NCBI GenBank assembly: GCA_016794445.1
Contig: JAEUKC010000023.1
Coordinates: 1 to 64,000 of the forward strand
Reading direction: 5' to 3'
Origin: Myxococcales bacterium
Lineage (GTDB): Bacteria; Myxococcota_A; Polyangia; Polyangiales; JADJMO01
DNA: 64,000 nt
Shown here: positions 24,084-32,375 of the stretch, one piece after another
How positions within the stretch are numbered: the first letter of the stretch is position 1
Layout: each line of letters begins with the position of its first letter
Notes under the pieces: generated by a model
The model's database searches: none
Told to the model about the DNA's origin: nothing
What the model saw: the letters and a program-made list of their open reading frames with translations, nothing else
Made by a program: the position numbers and the translations under genes

Positions 24084-24983
24084 TTACGGGGCCCGGCCGG
24101 GGGCGCAAGCGCGCGCGCCCCTGCGGCGAGCGAGGCCGAGCAAGAGGGCGAAGACGGACAGAACGGCACCCGCGCGCGAAGCGTCTCCCCCGGGCACCGA
24201 GCAGCCGCAGCCCTTGTCGCCACCGCACTCGCTCACGAGCCCGCCGCGGGGGGCCGAATCGCACGCGGCAGCGCGGTTCGGCGGGTAGACGTCGCAGATG
24301 CCGCAGATGTCGTCCTTGGCCAGGTCGCGCATGAAGGACTGGCCCGCGCGGTAACTCGCGAACATGGTCGCCGTCGGGTCGGTCGAGTGGGCGAGCCCGT
24401 AGAAGTGACCGGCCTCGTGGGTCAGGATCGAACGCAGATCGTACTCGCCGGGGTTCACGGTGTCGCCGACCGCCAGCTTGATCTCGGTCGGGTTGCTCTG
24501 CACCTCGATGTCGCCGTCGTAGATCTCGCCGGTGTCGACGCGATACGTGATCGTGGTGAGCGCGAGCGCGACCCCCGAGTGGGGCCACGCGCCGTCGCGG
24601 AAGATGACCACGTTGGCGTTGCCGCGGTCCTTGCCCTGGTTGAACTCGACCTGATCGCACGCGACCGGGCCCACGTCCTGCGAGGCGAGCGAGGGCTTGC
24701 CCGTGGCGCCGGCCCCGCACTCGCCGCAGTCGTGCGCGTGCCACTCGGCGAAGGCGCCCTCGGCGAGCTTCTGGGCGCTCGCGAGGTCGAGCTGCTTGCT
24801 CGCGTTGGTCTGCACCGAGAAGCCCATGCAGCGGGTGGCCCAGGACACCTTGAGCTTGTCGTCGCACGGCTTGGCCGCGCTCTGGACGAACTTGTCGTCG
24901 ATGCTGGTGCGGCAGTAGGCGCTCGCCGGGAGGGCGGCGGCGGTGAGCACGCCGAGGATCGCGACGGACGCGAGGAGCTTCAC
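24084..24983 (-). CDS. secreted metzincin zinc metalloprotease with MYXO-CTERM-like C-terminal sorting tail
   Basis: This is the 3' part of ORF 24084..26399, starting at GTG 24983 ([22 protein letters not shown]). It has the [12 protein letters not shown] zinc site and a Met-turn (ATMFASY). The C-terminus is [31 protein letters not shown]. Confidence 0.85.
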   Translation of the reverse strand: MKLLASVAILGVLTAAALPASAYCRTSIDDKFVQSAAKPCDDKLKVSWATRCMGFSVQTNASKQLDLASAQKLAEGAFAEWHAHDCGECGAGATGKPSLASQDVGPVACDQVEFNQGKDRGNANVVIFRDGAWPHSGVALALTTITYRVDTGEIYDGDIEVQSNPTEIKLAVGDTVNPGEYDLRSILTHEAGHFYGLAHSTDPTATMFASYRAGQSFMRDLAKDDICGICDVYPPNRAAACDSAPRGGLVSECGGDKGCGCSVPGGDASRAGAVLSVFALLLGLARRRGARACAPGRAP

Positions 24984-25070
24984 CTCGCGGAGCCTAGCAG
25001 ATGGGCCCGCGGCGCGACGCCACCTCCTCGAGAGGCCGGCGCGGCCCCCCGACGGTGGTACATTGCCCAG

Positions 25071-26408
25071 GTGTCGGACGAGACGCGGACGATCCTCCGT
25101 TCGGTCGCGCCCCAGGGCGGCCCACGGCTCGCCGTGTTCGACCTCCTCGTCGTGGACGGGCCCGACCTCGGCCAGCGCGCGCGGCTCGACGGCCCGGGGC
25201 GCCTGCTCGTCGGGCAGAGCCCCGCGTGCGGGCTGCGGCTCCGCGACCCGCACGTCTCGCGTCGGCACCTCGCCTTCACGCTCGAACACGGGCGGCTCCG
25301 CATGACCGATCTGGGTTCCACCAACGGCACCCGGGTCAACGACGTCGAGGTCATCGAGGCCTTCCTGGCTGGCAACGAGCGCGTCCGCATCGGCGACACG
25401 AGCCTGATCGTCGAGCGCGCCCAGGCCGAGTCCACGCCGCTGACCGCGTCGCTGCGGTTCGGGCGCGTCGTCGGCGCGAGCCCCGAGATGCGCCGCCTCT
25501 ATCCCCTCTGCGAGCGCATCGCGCAGAGCCACGTCCCCGTCGTCATCGAGGGCGAGACCGGCACCGGCAAGGAGCTGCTCGCCGAGGCGCTCCACGACGC
25601 CGGCCCCCGGGCGAGCGGCCCGTTCGTGGTGTTCGACTGCACGACGGTCCCGCCCAACCTCGCCGAGTCGATGCTGTTCGGCCACGAGCGCGGCGCCTTC
25701 ACCGGCGCGATCAACGCGCGCAAGGGCGTGTTCGAGCTCGCCCACCAGGGCACGCTGTTCATCGACGAGATCGGCGACCTCGACCTCACCCTCCAGCCCA
25801 AGCTCCTGCGCGCCATCGAGCGCGCCGAGGTGCAACGCGTGGGCAGCGAGCGGTGGACCAAGGTCGACGTGCGCGTCGTCGCCGCGACCCGGCGCGATCT
25901 CGACCACGAGATCCAGGTCGGTCGGTTCCGCGACGACCTGTTCTTCCGGCTCGCGGTCGCGCGCATCGAGCTGCCGCCGCTCCGCAAGCGGGACGGCGAC
26001 ATCGGCGCCCTCGCGCGGCACTTCTACCGCCAGCTCGGCGGCGAGGGCGCGATCCCCGAGGAGCTGCTCGCGCGCTTCGAGGCCCACGAGTGGCCGGGCA
26101 ACGTGCGCGAGCTCTCCAACGCCGTCGCGCGCTACCTCGCTGTCGGCGAGACCACGCTCGCGGGCCTCGCGCCCTCGAGCCGTCGCCCCGCGGAGAGCGC
26201 ACCGGCCAGCGGCCAGGACCCGATCGAGGCCGTGCTCGCGCGCGACCTGCCCCTGCCCCGGGCCCGCGAGGAGGTCGTCGCCGAGCTCGAGCGTCGCTAC
26301 ATCGAGCGCGTGCTCGAGCGCTACGGCGGCAACGTCGGGCGCGCCGCGGCCGCCTCGGGCATCGCGCGCCGCTACTTCCAGATGATCCGAGCCCGACACC
26401 AGAAGTGA
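25071..26408 (+). CDS. FHA domain-containing sigma54-dependent transcriptional activator (bEBP)
   Basis: This is the 3' part of ORF 24081..26408, starting at GTG 25071. The N-terminal FHA is LLVGQSPACGLRLRDPHVSRRH...STNGTRVN. The AAA+ domain has GETGTGKE, GAFTGA and ELPPLR. The C-terminal Fis-type HTH is GNVGRAAAASGIARRYFQ. Confidence 0.9.
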   Translation: MSDETRTILRSVAPQGGPRLAVFDLLVVDGPDLGQRARLDGPGRLLVGQSPACGLRLRDPHVSRRHLAFTLEHGRLRMTDLGSTNGTRVNDVEVIEAFLAGNERVRIGDTSLIVERAQAESTPLTASLRFGRVVGASPEMRRLYPLCERIAQSHVPVVIEGETGTGKELLAEALHDAGPRASGPFVVFDCTTVPPNLAESMLFGHERGAFTGAINARKGVFELAHQGTLFIDEIGDLDLTLQPKLLRAIERAEVQRVGSERWTKVDVRVVAATRRDLDHEIQVGRFRDDLFFRLAVARIELPPLRKRDGDIGALARHFYRQLGGEGAIPEELLARFEAHEWPGNVRELSNAVARYLAVGETTLAGLAPSSRRPAESAPASGQDPIEAVLARDLPLPRAREEVVAELERRYIERVLERYGGNVGRAAAASGIARRYFQMIRARHQK

Positions 26409-27820
26409 TGGAGAAGCAGGTCGGTCGCTACCTCCTGTCCGCGGAGATCGCCTCCGGCGGCATGGGCACCGTGCACCTCGGCCACCTGCGCGGCGAGGCC
26501 GGGTTCGCGCGCGCCGTCGCCATCAAGCGCCTGCACCCGCACTACGCGCGGGAGGACGACTTCCGGCGGATGTTCATCGACGAGGCGCGGCTCGCGAGCC
26601 GGGTGCGCCACCCCAACGTCGTGCCGACGCTCGACGTCGTCGTCGAGGGCGACGAGCTGTTCGTGGTGATGGAGTACGTCCACGGGGCGCCGCTCTCCTA
26701 CCTCCTCCAGGCGACGCGCCAGGCAGGCCGGCCGATCCCCGTGCGCATCGCCTCGGCGATCGCGAGCGGCCTCCTCCAGGGTCTGCACGCGGCGCACGAG
26801 GCCGTCGACGAGAAGGGCCAGCCGCTCGGGCTCGTGCACCGCGACGTCTCGCCGCAGAACGTCATCGTCGGCGCCGATGGCGCGACGCGGGTGCTCGACT
26901 TCGGCGTGGCCAAGGCGGCCGGTCGGCTCCAGTCGACGACGGCGCCGAGCACCATGAAGGGCAAGCTGGCCTACGCCGCGCCCGAGCAGATCCGCGGCGA
27001 GGACGTCACCCGGCTCACTGATCTCTACGCGGCCGGGGTCGTGACCTGGGAGCTGTTCACGGGCAAGCGCCTCTTCACGGGCGACCACGACGGCGCGCTG
27101 GTCGAGCAGATCCTGGTGGGCTGGGTCGATCCGCCGAGCCGGTGGGACCCAGCCATCCCCGAGGCGCTCGACGAGGCGATCCTGCGTGCACTGTCCACCG
27201 AGCCGAGCCGGAGGTTCCGCACGACGCGCGAGATGGCGATGGCCATCGAGCGCTGCGTGCCCGCCGCGCCCGCGATGGAGGTCGCCGAGTGGGTGGAGCG
27301 CCTCGCCTGGGACCTGCTCGAGACCCGGAGGACCGCCCTCGCGATCGTGGAAGGGCACCCGTCGAGTGGCGAAGCGCCTCCCCCCATCTCGTCTCGACGC
27401 GAAGACCCGTCGAGCATCTCGGTGTCCCAGCCCGTGCCGAAGCGCGGACGGCGGCGGGTGGTCGGGCTCGTGCTCCTCGCCTTCGTCACGGCGAGCCTCG
27501 CGTTCGTGCTCGCGCGCCCCGCGGCGAAGAAGCCCGTGAGCGCCGTGGCCGCGGCGTCGCCTCCGACCTCGACGGCGTCACCCGAGGCTTCCACCGCGCC
27601 TTCCGTGAGCGCTGCCCCGACGGCCACGGAGCCATCGACCGTGGTGCTGCCGGTCGTCAGCGTGCCCTCGCTGATCGCGCCGACGCACAAGATCGCCCCG
27701 TCGAAACCCCCGCCCAGCGTGGCGCCGAAGCCGGTCGATCCGCCGTCCGACTGCACCCCACCCTACACCTACGACGAGCTGGGCCGACGGATCTACAAGC
27801 GGCACTGCCTCGGCAAGTAG
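26408..27820 (+). CDS. Ser/Thr protein kinase with TM helix and Cys-containing C-terminal motif
   Basis: ATG 26408 shares one nucleotide with the bEBP TGA (TGATG). Motifs are GGMGTVH, AIKRL, HRDVSPQN, DFGVAK and APEQ. The TM helix is VVGLVLLAFVTASLAFVLA. The C-terminus is CTPPYTYDELGRRIYKRHCL. Confidence 0.9.
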   Translation: MEKQVGRYLLSAEIASGGMGTVHLGHLRGEAGFARAVAIKRLHPHYAREDDFRRMFIDEARLASRVRHPNVVPTLDVVVEGDELFVVMEYVHGAPLSYLLQATRQAGRPIPVRIASAIASGLLQGLHAAHEAVDEKGQPLGLVHRDVSPQNVIVGADGATRVLDFGVAKAAGRLQSTTAPSTMKGKLAYAAPEQIRGEDVTRLTDLYAAGVVTWELFTGKRLFTGDHDGALVEQILVGWVDPPSRWDPAIPEALDEAILRALSTEPSRRFRTTREMAMAIERCVPAAPAMEVAEWVERLAWDLLETRRTALAIVEGHPSSGEAPPPISSRREDPSSISVSQPVPKRGRRRVVGLVLLAFVTASLAFVLARPAAKKPVSAVAAASPPTSTASPEASTAPSVSAAPTATEPSTVVLPVVSVPSLIAPTHKIAPSKPPPSVAPKPVDPPSDCTPPYTYDELGRRIYKRHCLGK

Positions 27821-27857
27821 GCCGGAACAACCCGCGTTCGGCGCGGGTTCTCGCGCC

Positions 27858-29000
27858 GTGGCTCGTGGCCTCGCCGTGCGCGCGTTCCTGCTCGTCCTCG
27901 GCCACGCCTTCGTGCGGGGCCCAGGGCCGGCGCTGCTCGTGTGGGGCCTGCTCTGCGTCGTCGCGTTCGGACCGAACGGCCTCGATCCGCGGGACGTGGC
28001 GCGCATGCTGCCGGCCTGGTCGTGGGCCCGCCTCGCCTTCGTCGCGGCCTCGACCCTCGTCCTCCGCGCCGGGGTGCGGGCCCTCTTGTTGCCCGCCGGG
28101 GCGACGTACCTGCGCGCCTCGACGATCCCCCGCCACGGGCAGCTCTGGCTCGTCTCGTCCGCCGTATTCCTCGCCACCGCGCCGCTGCCGGTCGTCCTCG
28201 CCATCGGACGTGCGCCCGGCGCCGCCGTGGTCGTGTGGCTCGCCACCGCGATCGCCTGCGTGGCGGGTCCGCCGTGGCAAGTCGCCGTGGCGATCGGTGC
28301 GTCCTTGCTCCCAGCCGCGTCGGTCCCTCTCGCCGTCGTCCTCTACAGCCTGACGATCCGCACCGCGTACCGCGACGCGCCGGTGATGCTCCGGAGGACA
28401 CGACGGCGGGGTCTCTCGCGCCGACCCCTGCCCTGGCCCCTCGCGCTCGTGGTGGCCGCGACGACGACGATCGTGCGCGCGAGCCCGCGGGTCCTGTTCG
28501 CGCTCGCGGCGCCGCTCCTCGGGCTGTCGCTGGTACGCGCCGCCGACGGCGACGCGCGCGCGGAGCGGGTCGTGTCGCTCGCGGCGCTGGTGGCCGCGCT
28601 GGGCGCCACGCCGCTCGTTTCGTCGATCGGGCGACTCCTGCGCTCGGTGCAACCCCTCACCCGTGGGGGCGGCCGCTCCCAGCGCCTCGCGATCCTGACG
28701 GCGACGCTCGTGCTGTCCACGCCCTCGGTCGCGTTCGCCGCGGGCGGCCACGCGCTCGCCGGCACCCACCACGAGCCTCTCTTCGTCGGTGTCGCGCTGG
28801 TCGTGGCCCTGCTCCTCCTGGAGGGCTGGCTGGTCGCGCGGCGCAAGGACGCGCCGCTCGCGCTCGTCCTCTCGGTCCTGCCGCTCGTCGTCGGGTGCAC
28901 GATCCTCGCGCGCGCAGGCCTCGCGTGGCTCTCCTTCGCGCTCGCCGCGCTCGGTCTCGCGCTACCCCTGCCGGAGGTCCGCCGTGCTGAACATCGCTGA
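27858..29000 (+). CDS. polytopic membrane protein (putative permease partner of the downstream ABC ATPase)
   Basis: 380 aa with about 10 hydrophobic helices and high GC3. It starts at GTG, 38 nt after the kinase stop, and overlaps the ATPase gene by 17 nt. I recognise no family. Confidence 0.7.
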   Translation: MARGLAVRAFLLVLGHAFVRGPGPALLVWGLLCVVAFGPNGLDPRDVARMLPAWSWARLAFVAASTLVLRAGVRALLLPAGATYLRASTIPRHGQLWLVSSAVFLATAPLPVVLAIGRAPGAAVVVWLATAIACVAGPPWQVAVAIGASLLPAASVPLAVVLYSLTIRTAYRDAPVMLRRTRRRGLSRRPLPWPLALVVAATTTIVRASPRVLFALAAPLLGLSLVRAADGDARAERVVSLAALVAALGATPLVSSIGRLLRSVQPLTRGGGRSQRLAILTATLVLSTPSVAFAAGGHALAGTHHEPLFVGVALVVALLLLEGWLVARRKDAPLALVLSVLPLVVGCTILARAGLAWLSFALAALGLALPLPEVRRAEHR

Positions 29001-29610
29001 CGTCCACCGCCGCTTCGGCGCCGACGTCGTCCTCGCCGGAGTGTGCCTCGACGTGGGCGCGGGGGAGGTCGCCGTGGTGCGCGGCGCGAACGGCGCAGGC
29101 AAGAGCACGCTCTTCGAGATCGTGGCCGGGGTGCTCGACGCGGACGCAGGCTCCGTGCGCGTGGACGGTCGACCCAACACCGATCCGCGCGCGCGGCGGT
29201 CGATCGGCTACGCGCCGGCCGCGGCCACGCTCCCCGAGTCGCTGTTCGTCCACGAGTGGGTCGATCTCGCGTGCGCCCTCCGCGGCGTCGACGGCGCGGA
29301 GGACGTCGACGCGACGATGACGAGGTTCGGGCTGGAGGCCACCGTCGACGCCCGCCTCTCGTCGCTGTCCCTCGGACAGCGACGCCGCTTGCTGCTCGCG
29401 CTGGCCAGCCTCGGACACCCCTCGCTCCTCTTGCTCGACGAGCCGACGGTCGGACTCGACGCCGCGGGTGTCGCCGACGTCATCGCCTGGCTCGATCGGC
29501 ACCGTCGCGCGGGTGGGGCCATTCTCCTCGCCAGCCACGACGACGACTTCGCGTCCGCCCTCGGGGCGATCCGTTGCACCCTCGCGGCTGGACGCATCGT
29601 CGAGTCGTGA
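28984..29610 (+). CDS. ABC transporter ATP-binding protein (single short NBD, 208 aa)
   Basis: GTG 28984 is in frame with ORF 28789..29610. It has Walker A GANGAGKST, signature LSLGQRRR, Walker B LLLLDEP and H-loop ASHD. Confidence 0.9.
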   Translation: MLNIADVHRRFGADVVLAGVCLDVGAGEVAVVRGANGAGKSTLFEIVAGVLDADAGSVRVDGRPNTDPRARRSIGYAPAAATLPESLFVHEWVDLACALRGVDGAEDVDATMTRFGLEATVDARLSSLSLGQRRRLLLALASLGHPSLLLLDEPTVGLDAAGVADVIAWLDRHRRAGGAILLASHDDDFASALGAIRCTLAAGRIVES

Positions 29611-29711
29611 AGCGATGACTCAGAGTGAGCCACGGCGAACGTCTGGAATCGCGCGCTGAATTTCACTTTCATGCCTGCGGTCGAGTGGTTGGGGGTACGA
29701 GCCTGCATCCC

Positions 29712-30854
29712 GTGTTTCCTCGTCTCCTCGCGCTGGCTGCCGCCGCGCTCGTCTCTTGCTCGCTGACCACGGCCGACGCCGAGTGGACGTCGCGTGTCCG
29801 GCTCGAGACCGCCGGGTACTCCGACAGCGACCACGTCGCGGTCCTCACGCCCTCGATCGCGGGCGCCGTCGAGAACCCGATCAAGGGCTTCCGTCTCGGC
29901 GGCAGCTACCTGGTCGACGCCGTCAGCGCGGCCTCGGTCGACATCGTCTCGACCGCGAGCAAGCGCTGGAGCGAGGTCCGCCACGCCGGCGCGCTCGACT
30001 TGAAGTACAAGCCGCACGGCTTCGGCTTCGCTGGCAACGGCTACGTGTCGATCGAGCCCGACCACCGCTCGCTCGGCGTCGGCGGCAGCGTCGTCCTCGA
30101 CTTCGGCGAAGCGCACGCGCACACCGCCACCCTCGGCTACTCGTTCGCAGAGGACACCGACGGCCGCTCGGGCACCCCGTTCAACGTGTTCTCGCGCGTC
30201 GTCGACAAGCACACGCTCTCGCCCGGCGTCACCTTCACCGTCGACGCCTCGACCGTGCTCTCGTTCATGGCCGACGTGATGATCGAGCGTGGCAACACGT
30301 CGAAGCCGTATCGGTACATCCCGTTCTTCGCCTCGTCGAACGACGCTCCGGTCGGGGCCTCGGTCGACCGGGTCAACGCCGTCCGACTCCCCGAGCGGGC
30401 GCTCGAGCGCCTTCCCGAGAGCCGCAACCGCCTCGCGCTCTCGGCGCGCATCCTCCACCGCTGGGAGTCGACCACCCTCCGCCTCCTGCAGCGCCTCTAC
30501 GTCGACAGCTGGGGCCTCGTGTCGACCACCACCGACCTGCGGTTGCCGGTCGACCTCGATCGTCGTTGGCGGGTGTTCCCCCACCTGCGCCTCAACATCC
30601 AGAGAGGGGTCAGCTTCTGGCAGCGCGCGTACACGCTCGGCGCGGACGGCAGCTTCCCGAAGTACTACGCGGGCGACCGCGAGCTCGGACCGCTCCGCAC
30701 CGTGGTCCTCGGTGGAGGAGCGCAGGTCGACCTCGCCGGCTTCACGGTCTCCGCGCAGGTGGACGGCATGTACACGCAGTTCCTCGACGCCCTCTTCATC
30801 CAGGGGCGGTCGGCCATCCTCTGCACGCTCGGCGTCGAGAGGGTGCTCGAATGA
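29712..30854 (+). CDS. DUF3570-like outer-membrane barrel protein
   Basis: Part of ORF 29625..30854. GTG 29712 gives the signal VFPRLLALAAAALVSC/SLTTADA, and the preceding codons have poor GC3. The overall beta-rich pattern and the YLVDAVSAAS motif match my memory of DUF3570. This needs HMM confirmation. Confidence 0.65.
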   Translation: MFPRLLALAAAALVSCSLTTADAEWTSRVRLETAGYSDSDHVAVLTPSIAGAVENPIKGFRLGGSYLVDAVSAASVDIVSTASKRWSEVRHAGALDLKYKPHGFGFAGNGYVSIEPDHRSLGVGGSVVLDFGEAHAHTATLGYSFAEDTDGRSGTPFNVFSRVVDKHTLSPGVTFTVDASTVLSFMADVMIERGNTSKPYRYIPFFASSNDAPVGASVDRVNAVRLPERALERLPESRNRLALSARILHRWESTTLRLLQRLYVDSWGLVSTTTDLRLPVDLDRRWRVFPHLRLNIQRGVSFWQRAYTLGADGSFPKYYAGDRELGPLRTVVLGGGAQVDLAGFTVSAQVDGMYTQFLDALFIQGRSAILCTLGVERVLE

Positions 30855-31486
30855 CCCCCGAGCTCGCCTTGGCCCTGGAGCAGGATCTCGCCCTGGTCGG
30901 CGCTGACAGCCCCTGTTCGAAGGCCGGTCAGCTCGACCAGGGGTGGTCGTGCTTCCGGGCCCGCGGCGACCAGTATCACGGCACACCGACGGGCTCTCGC
31001 CTCCCGAGTCAGGTGGCCCTCGGCACGACCCGGCTCGTCGCCACGACGGACTTCTGGCTCGGTGGCTTCGCCCTCGGCGCGCGGCTCGGGTGGGCGTTCC
31101 GCGGCGTCGGCCCGGTCTCCGACGGGGCGGAGCACGTGATCCCCGTCGACGCCGCGTTGCGCGCCCGCGTCGCGCTCTCCCGGAGCTCGACGCTGCGGAT
31201 CGAGCTGCTGGGCGTCTTCGGCCTGCGTCAGCTCGACGCCCGCGCGACGGTGAAGGTCAACGAGGACCGCAGCGTGCCTCCCTCGGTGTACCAGCTCGAC
31301 AACCCGGACAAGCAGAGCCTCGATGCGTACAAGCGCCTGGGCCTCGGCTACGTCGCCGTAGGGCTCGGCGTCACCTTCCGGCTCGGCGAGGCCACGGCGC
31401 TCCGCTTCGAGCTACCACTCTCGGTCTCGTTCCCGACCAGCGGAGTGGCCGTGAGCCCCTCCGCCGCCTTCGTGGTGAAGCTGTGA
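30851..31486 (+). CDS. hypothetical protein, translationally coupled to the DUF3570-like gene
   Basis: ATG 30851 overlaps the upstream TGA (ATGA) and is in frame with ORF 29756..31486. The C-terminal half is beta-rich (LGLGYVAVGLGVTFRLGEATALRFELPLSVSF). There is no obvious signal peptide. Confidence 0.55.
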   Translation: MTPELALALEQDLALVGADSPCSKAGQLDQGWSCFRARGDQYHGTPTGSRLPSQVALGTTRLVATTDFWLGGFALGARLGWAFRGVGPVSDGAEHVIPVDAALRARVALSRSSTLRIELLGVFGLRQLDARATVKVNEDRSVPPSVYQLDNPDKQSLDAYKRLGLGYVAVGLGVTFRLGEATALRFELPLSVSFPTSGVAVSPSAAFVVKL

Positions 31487-31491
31487 CTCGC

Positions 31492-31716
31492 TCAGTTGCA
31501 GCCGCAGCCGCCGCCGACGCCGCCGGCGCCGCCGGTCGCGCCCTCGTGCACGCCGTACACGTGCGCCTCGGCCACGCCGGTCGGCTCGTCGAGCGCCATG
31601 GTGGGGTGCGCGAGCTTGCCGCGCTGGTAGGCCTTGACCGACGTGCAGCCGGCGGACAGCGCTCCGAGCACGGCGCACGCGAGGAGGGCGATCGATGAGA
31701 GGGAGCGCTGCTTCAT
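31492..31716 (-). CDS. DUF4266-like small lipoprotein (74 aa)
   Basis: It has the signal MKQRSLSSIALLACAVLGALSAGC/TS and a Gly-rich tail ending GGVGGGCGCN, the hallmark I remember for DUF4266. ATG 31716 overlaps the stop of the upstream gene (ATGA). Confidence 0.7.
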   Translation of the reverse strand: MKQRSLSSIALLACAVLGALSAGCTSVKAYQRGKLAHPTMALDEPTGVAEAHVYGVHEGATGGAGGVGGGCGCN

Positions 31717-32375
31717 GGCGTGATCACGACCTTGGTGGAGACGTAGTTGGCGGCATCGGGAGCGGTGAACGTGCCGGCCGCGCCTACCTTGAACGGGACG
31801 GCGAGCTGGGGACCCGCGGCGCTGACGCTCTTGGCGTTGCTCTCGGCGAACTCGACGTGCAACACGTAGTCGCCGTTCGGCACGCGGCCACCCGAGAGGT
31901 TCGCGCAGTTCCAGTCGACGCTGACCGGACCGTGCGACTTGAGCGTGGCACCGGTGACGGCATCGACCGTGCTGGCCTTGGACACCGAGCGCCACACGGC
32001 GAGGTTGGAGCTGCGGCTCTTGCCCCACTCGCCCACCGTCTTGACGAAGGCTCCCCTCGCGTCGGTCACCCACACGGCGAGCACGTGGCTCGGCGCGTAA
32101 CGCCCGAAATAGGTCTTGGTCGTGAAGTCGGCGTGTAGGCACTTGCCGGGAGCCACCGTCCCGCCGTCGCTCGGCTTCACGCCGGTGTCGATCGGCGTGC
32201 CGGAGTCGTCGAGCACCGGATCGCCCGCGTCGTCGCTCGCGATGGTGGGGTCACCTGCGGATGGATTCCAGAACTCTGCGTCGTTGTCGTTCGCAGGACC
32301 GCATGCCACGGTGGAGAAGAGACTGATGGAGCAGATGGCAATGGCGAGCAGGCGCATCGGGATCGTGTGCACCAT
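31713..32375 (-). CDS. DUF2271-like periplasmic lipoprotein
   Basis: Part of ORF 31713..32498. The start is ATG 32375 (MVHTIP...) or ATG 32357 (MRLLAIAICSISLFSTVAC/G). The core VWVTDARGAFVKTV...W...VDAVTGATLKSHG...DW...VPNGDYVLHVE resembles DUF2271. Confidence 0.7.
   Translation of the reverse strand: MVHTIPMRLLAIAICSISLFSTVACGPANDNDAEFWNPSAGDPTIASDDAGDPVLDDSGTPIDTGVKPSDGGTVAPGKCLHADFTTKTYFGRYAPSHVLAVWVTDARGAFVKTVGEWGKSRSSNLAVWRSVSKASTVDAVTGATLKSHGPVSVDWNCANLSGGRVPNGDYVLHVEFAESNAKSVSAAGPQLAVPFKVGAAGTFTAPDAANYVSTKVVITP

Noticed and set aside
25056-25066. TGGTACATTGC just upstream of the bEBP start, which looks sigma54-like at first glance.
   Set aside because: The GG-to-GC distance is 7 nt instead of 11, so it does not fit the -24/-12 spacing.
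24081-25070. The N-terminal 330 codons of ORF 24081..26408. Similarly, codons 25001..26407 of ORF 25001..27820.
   Set aside because: They are antisense to the metalloprotease gene (and out of frame with the bEBP gene) and are Arg/Gly/Ala-rich. The real proteins start where the FHA domain (GTG 25071) and the kinase domain (ATG 26408) begin.
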